DNA of 14,767 nucleotides from Octopus sinensis (taxonomy: Eukaryota): assembly GCF_006345805.1 (NCBI RefSeq), contig NW_021825713.1:1-14767 (forward strand), given 5' to 3'. The position numbers were made by a program, and so were the translations under genes. The notes below the pieces were generated by a model, which saw only the letters and a program-made list of their open reading frames with translations, did not search any database and had not been told where the DNA came from. Of this stretch, positions 8,394 through 14,767 are shown one piece after another. How positions within the stretch are numbered: the first letter of the stretch is position 1; every line of letters starts with the position of its first letter.

Positions 8394-8960
8394 ATCTATC
8401 TATCTATCTATCTACCTGTCTATTTGCGGCAGGTAAAATTCCCGAGAGCCATAGACGAGTTCTCTCCAGCGGTCTTTGCCCTGCGTCATAGCTGCCATGT
8501 CCTGTGTTTCCCAGAGACCAGTATGTGTCCCTAGGGCATCAATATATGTCATCCTTGCTCTCCCTCCTTTTGTGTGTCCATATAGGGGTTCCCACAGGAG
8601 CACTTAATGCAGTATCAACTCTGAATGACGGTGACCATGTCCGGTTAACCTCTGTCTCCTCTCTGTTCTTTAGCACCAAACTTTTGGCAGGCTCTCGTAC
8701 AACTTTGTGTTCTTCATCCTCAGTGTATACTGATTTATATTTAGAGCCATCCTCAGCATTCTCGTGTAGCACCCATCCACCAGCTGAATGAGTTTCTTGG
8801 CCAGTGTCCAAGTTCCACCACTAAGATAAGATTTTACTTCAAATGCTCTGTGTCCACTTGAAAGATTTGTTACAAATGAGCATTTTCAGATGTGTATATA
8901 ATAAGAATTTTAAAGCTGTGAGCCATGTGAAATAAATGATTTTTAAAGATGTAATTCGAA
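8238..8960 (+). pseudogene. Candidate exon K, split by a LINE (8238-8344 + 8824-8960): SVEDFYKKNSWK*NVKSYPKSYSNTESLGTRLTSH*DKILLQMLCVHLKDLLQMSIFRCVYNKNFKAVSHVK*MIFKDVIR
   Basis: Removing the LINE and one copy of ccacta joins the two halves in one frame; donors gtaatt (8951) or gtatgt (8961); the acceptor region is occupied by a SINE. Confidence 0.45.
8345..8817 (-). mobile_element. 5'-truncated RTE-clade LINE, 3' end of ORF with (TAGA)n tail
   Basis: Minus-strand translation TWTLAKKLIQLVDGCYTRMLRMALNI...LYESLPKV...RRQRLTGHGHRH...LLWEPLYGHTKGGRARMTYIDALG...DRWRELV matches the typical RTE ORF C-terminus; internal stops; tail 8345-8414; candidate TSD ccacta at 8339-8344 and 8818-8823. Confidence 0.88.
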
Positions 8961-9326
8961 GTATGTAGAGCTATAAATAATAGCGTGAATAGTATTGGCA
9001 TAAAATCCCAACGGGATGGGGAAAATGTCGAATGTTGCCCATGGCACGTGAACCCACGTTTCCTGAGTCTTTCTACCTATTATACTAATGCATCGATGTA
9101 AATAACATAAAAATCTGCGCTGATAAAAACAGATTCTAAAATCAAAGTAGATATTTCGAAGTGTTTCTTTGCTATAGTGTTTGGAACATCTGTCATGTTT
9201 TCAGAAGATGTAGGTTCAAGTACAACGGGCAGCTTTATTCGATTTACTTCACTTTTCTTTCTCTCTTTTTTTTTTTTTTTTGCTATTCAATGTTAGTTAT
9301 AGATTTACAAACGCAAGGCGCATTTC

Positions 9327-9440
9327 TTCAGATTCCAACGAGGTAGACGTTTCCTGTCATCTTTCGGGGTCAAAAAGCTCGATGTAATCGACTAAACCCT
9401 TTCCCACCAAAATTTGTGCGTTTTGTGATAAAGTAGAAAC
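9327..9440 (+). mobile_element. Meta-like SINE fragment
   Basis: ttcagattcc..cgaggt...tcatctttcggggtc...gatgtaatcgact...aaaattt...agtagaaa. Confidence 0.65.
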
Positions 9441-9966
9441 AACAAAATATAGCTTTATCTACTTCGATTTTCATTACAAAAATTGCTTTATTCAACATAA
9501 GAACGTCTTCGTTCTTTACTTATATCACTGGTATCAGCTGGAAAATTGCAGATATAACAAACACTGTAATCAGGTGTCTCAGTGGAAACTATAGCAATTA
9601 TTCTAAACCTTTGTCTAGTTACCAAATCTGTTGGTTACTCTTGGACGTAAAGTGAAGTAATTCGATGTAAATACACAGACAGGTCTGTGAATAGGTTAGC
9701 AGTTCTCATCCGGAACTGCAAAAGGTTTTGAATGATTAAGGATTTCATGAAGATCCCCTTAGGATATGGAACTTGAACTCATGAGATGCTGAGGTGAACT
9801 ACAAGTAATCAATATGTTAGACATTTGATCAATCTAATTATAGAGTTCACTTCTAAATTATTCCTAGTTTAAAGGTGTAGATACACACACCGCTCAATAT
9901 ATATATTGAGTGGTGTTCGCACGTATTTGTATGAGCCTGAATACACACACACATACATAATACATG

Positions 9967-10014
<48 letters not shown>

Positions 10015-10106
10015 CATGTATGTATCGCATGATGGGCATAGGCCCTGGATGAATCCAGCGAAAAAATATGTGAGCATGTGTGTGTGTGTGCGTGCGTGTG
10101 TGTAAT

Positions 10107-10214
10107 GGATGGGATTCCGCACAGTTGCCATCAAACTAGATCCCATTCACAAGACATTGTTCAACTCGCGGGCTACAGTTAGAGAATTTATGCCCCAGGT
10201 ACCAAGCAGTCGGT

Positions 10215-10220
<6 letters not shown>
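10107..10220 (-). mobile_element. Old diverged fragment of the same SINE family
   Basis: Weak match to the reverse complement of 2850-2910/3930-3970 and to 7978-8010 (tgccccaggt...gcagt...gaacc). Confidence 0.55.
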
Positions 10221-10601
<381 letters not shown>

Positions 10602-10777
10602 CTTTTGTGAATAATGTATTTATTTCTTTAACCGAATTTATGCAAAATTTCTGTTTATAGTATTTTTTTTACGTTATTTTCTATTCGGGATTTGACAGTT
10701 TAACTTAAAAATGTTAATTTTTTTTTACCATTTTTCTTGTTAGCACATCCACTACACCCTCACCTAAATACTCCACC

Positions 10778-10779
<2 letters not shown>

Positions 10780-10836
<57 letters not shown>

Positions 10837-10894
10837 TGCACATATAAAGACAAACACTCACACGCACATACGCACACACACATATATATATATA

Positions 10895-10925
<31 letters not shown>
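10780..10925. repeat. (TA)/(GT)/(CA)/(GA) microsatellites
   Basis: Direct reading. Confidence 0.9.
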
Positions 10926-11086
10926 ATTGATGTTTTCGCCTTCGGGCAAACCGTTTTGCAACACAAAACTACATTTTTTTCTCTTCGTGACTTTCTTCTT
11001 CCTGTACAAATGAGACATGATGGCACTATCACTTTCTCAAAGACCTCATGGTGGGCCTCTAATCACATTCGAAAAGAACCAAAAAC

Positions 11087-11087
<1 letters not shown>

Positions 11088-11127
<40 letters not shown>

Positions 11128-11540
11128 TTAATAGTAAAAATAAAAATAATAATAAAAATAAACGTCTTTGTCAGAAAGTCAGCCATTTTCTTCTCTGCTT
11201 TTTTTTTTTCGTTCGCCCCGTCCCTCCCTCCTTCTTTCTCTTTCTCTCTATGTCTCTCACTAATATCTCTCTCACTCCTTATCTCTCCCTCTCTCTCTCT
11301 CTCTCTGATATTTCTTATCCTTGTTTCTTTTTCTTTAGCTCATTTCTTTCTGTGTTGCGTCTTTTTATCGTTATCTCTCTCTCTCTCTCTTTCTCCTTCT
11401 ATTTCGTTTTCTCTCTCCAACGGTTTTCAATCTTTGATGACTTTCTCACTTTCTCCCTCTCTCCCTCATATATATATATATATCATTTTTTTCTTGGCTT
11501 CTTTGTTCCTATTTTGTTTTTTCTTTTCCTATTTTTCTAT
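11088..11540. repeat. (AAT)n followed by CT-rich low-complexity tract
   Basis: Direct reading. Confidence 0.88.
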
Positions 11541-11797
11541 TTCGTGCAACTAAAAATCTGCCATATTAATTCCGAACTCACCACTATTGAAGTTTGAAAC
11601 CTCACATTCCATGCAATTGACTTGTTTGAATGATAAAAATTCTTTGCAACTTATTCTTGCATTGACGTCCTTTCACTACTCTTATAGCCATAAATCTATT
11701 GTCACCTGATGGAGGTTGGTGGTCGTGAATAAAATATGGAAAGGAAACGCACCACATTGAATAATACATTTCTCTCTTCTAATCACGAACGAATATT

Positions 11798-12027
11798 GGT
11801 TTCAAATTTTGTCATAATGTCAGCAATTTCGGGTGGGGGAGGGAGTAGTAAGTCGATTACATCGACACCAGTGCTCAAATGATTACTATTTTATCGGCCC
11901 CGAAAGAATGAAAAGGTAAAATTGACCACGGCGGAACTTGAACTCAGAGCATGAGGACGGACGGAATGCTGTTAAGCATTTACCTGGCGTGTTACCGATT
12001 CTGTCAGCTCGCAGGTTTATAACCACC
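11798..12027 (-). mobile_element. Meta-like SINE, near full length, with 10-bp TSD
   Basis: Collinear with the reverse complement of 7136-7346; flanked by aacgaatatt at 11788-11797 and 12028-12037. Confidence 0.85.
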
Positions 12028-12179
12028 AACGAATATTAAAAATATAAATGCAGTGGATTTCAATTGCATGAATATCTAATTCGAAACCCTCCAACGTAAT
12101 TAACTGGTTATTACCGCTTCTGTTGATCTTTTTCTTTTCATTGATTAGTTAGTCAATAACTTGATATTAATAAGTAACG

Positions 12180-12456
12180 AAGGTGTGTGGCTTATGGGTA
12201 GCGTACTCAGTTCGCGATAATGAATTCAATATCTGGGAGCGAGTTTTGTCCTTCAGCAAGACAGTTTATTTCACGTTGCTGCCATTGACTCAACAATAAT
12301 GTTTGTTACGTGTAATTTGAAGAGTCATCCTTATCACAAACTGTATCACGCTGAAGCTCCCTGAGAACTACGTTAGGCGTACGTGTATCTGTGGAGCACT
12401 CAGCCACTTTCACATTAAGTGAAACAATTGCCGTCGTAGCCGACGGAATATCAGTT
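12180..12456 (+). mobile_element. CORE-like SINE, diverged copy
   Basis: Collinear with the reverse complement of 1345-1674 (tgtccttcagcaagaca; ccctgagaactacgtta; tgtggagcactcagccact; gtcgtagccgacgga). Confidence 0.8.
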
Positions 12457-12470
12457 GGAAAAGAAATACT

Positions 12471-12620
12471 GTGCCTGACAAGACGCTTAGAGGGATTTCT
12501 TCCTGTTTTACGTTCTCACTTCAAATACCGCCGGTATCGACCTCGCCAATAAATTAAGTACCAGCTGATCACTGGGGTCGATGTCATCGGATTACCCATT
12601 CCCAAATTTTGAAACCAATA
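12471..12620 (+). mobile_element. Meta-like SINE, diverged with internal deletion
   Basis: tttacgttct..ttcaaataccgcc...ataaattaagtaccagctga.cactggggtcgatgt...aaattttgaaacc. Confidence 0.7.
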
Positions 12621-12636
12621 AGTAACACGACCGGGA

Positions 12637-12700
12637 GCTGGTAGAATCTTCCGCGTGTCGGACAAAATGATTTGTCCGGCGCGCTAACGACTCTGCCAGC
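12637..12700. repeat. Foldback of two Meta-like SINE heads (30-nt arms, 4-nt loop)
   Basis: Arms 12637-12666 and 12671-12700 give 23 Watson-Crick pairs, 3 G-U pairs, 4 mismatches and no bulges on the + strand. Confidence 0.85.
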
Positions 12701-12764
12701 CTGCCGCCTTCAAGCGCTGTCATAAAAACTGATTTTAAAATACACCAAAAACCAGCATTAGGAA

Positions 12765-12854
12765 AACACTTCCACGGGGCGCTGCGCAGTGGAACTGAAA
12801 CCAAACCTGCGTGATTGCAAAGTTAGCTTCACAACCACACAGCAATATCTGCGC
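12765..12854 (-). mobile_element. Diverged SINE head of the same family
   Basis: acactt...gcagtggaactgaaacc...agctt...cagc aligns with 7975-8061. Confidence 0.6.
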
Positions 12855-13533
12855 AATATTTCATTTATTTTTAAAAAACTTTAAGCGCCATTAATTTCTC
12901 TGTGGCAATTCAATACTACCGCCATTTTGTTTCCCATGATAAATACATTACAAATGTTACACGAAGCTGGGAGTGTCACATTATCTGTTATTAGAAGGTA
13001 TGTGAAGATGCTTACTTAGTCATTTCAGTGCATTGTTCTATATTGTAACAAAGAAAACGAGTAAAAACAGACGCCATCTTATCTGATTGACATACGACAA
13101 TCTGGGAACTTAAATATAACTCTAATTAATGAAACAGATTTGTTTTACATATCCTTTTGGAAGGAAACAGAATGGAATTATTTGCACATTTGTTGTTATT
13201 ACAATTCGCTTCTTTAAAATGTTCTCATTATATTTCTTTTCTATTTATTTTAGCTATCCTGCTTATTATTATTATTATCATTATTGTTATCATCATCATC
13301 ATCATTAGCATCATCATCATCGTCGTCGTCATCATCATTATTTTTCTTTGTTTTTCTTTCTTTTATTTTTCACATAAAAGATGTCTTCTGAAAAAAAAGA
13401 ATGTCTTTCTAGTCGAGATAATGTGATTACTGATCGAAATACGGGAAGCGGTTGGCAGGAGATTAATCCGGAGATCAAGACTTATGATACTAAAGCGATT
13501 TGAAAGATAATTATAAGAAACAAAATGCAATAA

Positions 13534-13565
13534 TACATACATACATACATACATACATACATACA

Positions 13566-13600
<35 letters not shown>

Positions 13601-13611
13601 GTGTGTGTGTG
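13534..13611. repeat. (TACA)n/(GT)n
   Basis: Direct reading. Confidence 0.92.
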
Positions 13612-13732
13612 CTTTAAAAAGCAAAACGTATTGTTGGAAATGTCTAATTGATCTGAGATGACATCAGCAGAGAAGCGACATTGCCAACGAGTGAACAACT
13701 GTAGCAACATCACATCGTGAAGAAGAAAAGAC

Positions 13733-13956
13733 GTGTGTGTGTGTTTGAGCGCATGCATGTATGTGTATGTGTTTACGCGTGCGTGTGAGTGTGTGTGCTT
13801 GCGTGCGCGTATGTATGTGTGTGTGTGCGTACCTGTGTGTTTGTGCGTGCGTGCGTGCATGCGTGTGTGTCTGTGTGTGTGCGTGTGTGCATGCATGCTT
13901 GTGTGTGTGTGTGTGCGTGTGTGTGTGTGCGTGTGTGTGCGTGTGTGCATGCATGC

Positions 13957-13992
<36 letters not shown>

Positions 13993-14010
13993 TGTGCGTG
14001 TGTGTGTGTG
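13733..14010. repeat. Imperfect (GT)n/(GCGT)n
   Basis: Direct reading. Confidence 0.92.
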
Positions 14011-14129
14011 TTTGTATTCTAAAGTAGGCATTACACCAAGTATAGCAACGCAATATTCGGAGAAAAGCGTTGAGATTGAAATAGACAAATAAAAGGGCAA
14101 ATCTGTCTTCTAACGATTGGCTGCAGATA

Positions 14130-14308
14130 ATCACACGCACATACACACACTTGCACACACATGCATACACACACTTGCACACACATACACACACTTGCAC
14201 ACACTCACACGTGCACACACCACGCTAGCACGCACAAGGCTGCTATTTCTACATGAATATCATTGCCAAAATTTACCATTGTGCTTTCAAAGCTATTGTC
14301 TCTTTCTC

Positions 14309-14341
<33 letters not shown>

Positions 14342-14405
14342 TCCTCCCTTTCAGTCTCTTTCTCTCTCTCTTCCTATTTCTCTTCTTTCTTCTCTTCCTC
14401 CCTCA
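14130..14405. repeat. (CA)n-rich and (CT)n-rich tracts
   Basis: Direct reading. Confidence 0.88.
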
Positions 14406-14654
14406 TTTAAGTGCATATACATGTGTGTATGCGCATGCGTATATTTGTATGTTTATATCTGTGTGCATGTGTGTTTACCTCTATTTCTTAAAAACACTGT
14501 CGCCAAAACCATTGGAATGCCCAATCAGCCGTGCCAACTCGTCAGCGATCTCACAGCTGCGCCCAAGCATCTCATTCCATCATTCGTTTCACCCTAAGCA
14601 GACCTAAAAAATCCTTACTAAAAGATGATCAATGAACGATCTTTGCTGACTTCT

Positions 14655-14767
14655 ACTGGTTCTCCGACGGTAACGGCAATGATTGGTCTAGTTGATCCAA
14701 TGAACCGAAATCTCTGCTCGTAAAATTAATATACAGGTGGCTGAGCGCTTCACAGACACGCGTATCC
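14655..14767 (-). mobile_element. CORE-like SINE 3' end, cut by window edge
   Basis: Matches 1345-1455 (agttgatcc; tgctcgtaaaattaa; gtggctgag; cacagacacg). Confidence 0.75.

Larger units (their letters stand above)
734..8960 (+). pseudogene. Degraded multi-exon gene, LRR-like (cysteine-containing/F-box-LRR-type motifs); probable unprocessed pseudogene
   Basis: Chain of AG..GT-bounded segments with matching intron phases (2,2,1,1,2,1,0 across the segments from 2398 to 7102). Translation gives LxxLxLxxC-like motifs (SLKYFYFDNC, NVTEVHLRGC, LKDLLQMSIFRC). About 10 in-frame stops in about 375 codons of those segments. Family call is from motif resemblance only. Confidence 0.55.

Noticed and set aside
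9303-9342. Small exon after a poly-T tract (IYKRKAHFFRFQR, gtagac donor)
   Set aside because: The 3' half and donor lie inside a SINE fragment.
10925-11760. Possible exons in unique islands 10925-11087 and 11550-11760
   Set aside because: Open frames of 45-55 codons occur on both strands with no consistent splice pair, so they cannot be assigned.
14480-14610. Minus-strand coding-like island ending at GAG|gtaaac
   Set aside because: Two frames look equally plausible, both contain stops, and no partner exon was found.

Overview
AT-rich, microsatellite-dense eukaryotic DNA. The SINE families present (tRNA-headed CORE-like, Meta/MESC-like and a GT-microsatellite-containing family) resemble those I recall from octopod cephalopod genomes; this is an inference, not a database result. 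Most ORFs in the supplied track are microsatellite artefacts. The short unique islands between repeats, however, form a + strand chain of exon-like segments (about 734-8960, with weaker pieces to about 13732). They have AG/GT splice sites whose phases match junction by junction and translate into leucine-rich-repeat-like peptides (cysteine-containing/F-box-LRR style), but carry scattered in-frame stops, and one segment is split by an RTE-type LINE fragment with a candidate target-site duplication. The most likely reading is an unprocessed LRR pseudogene; stop recoding is a testable alternative. Other notable items are a 64-nt foldback made of two SINE heads, an inverted SINE pair, a degenerate minimal hammerhead-like motif and a small inverted-subrepeat element.
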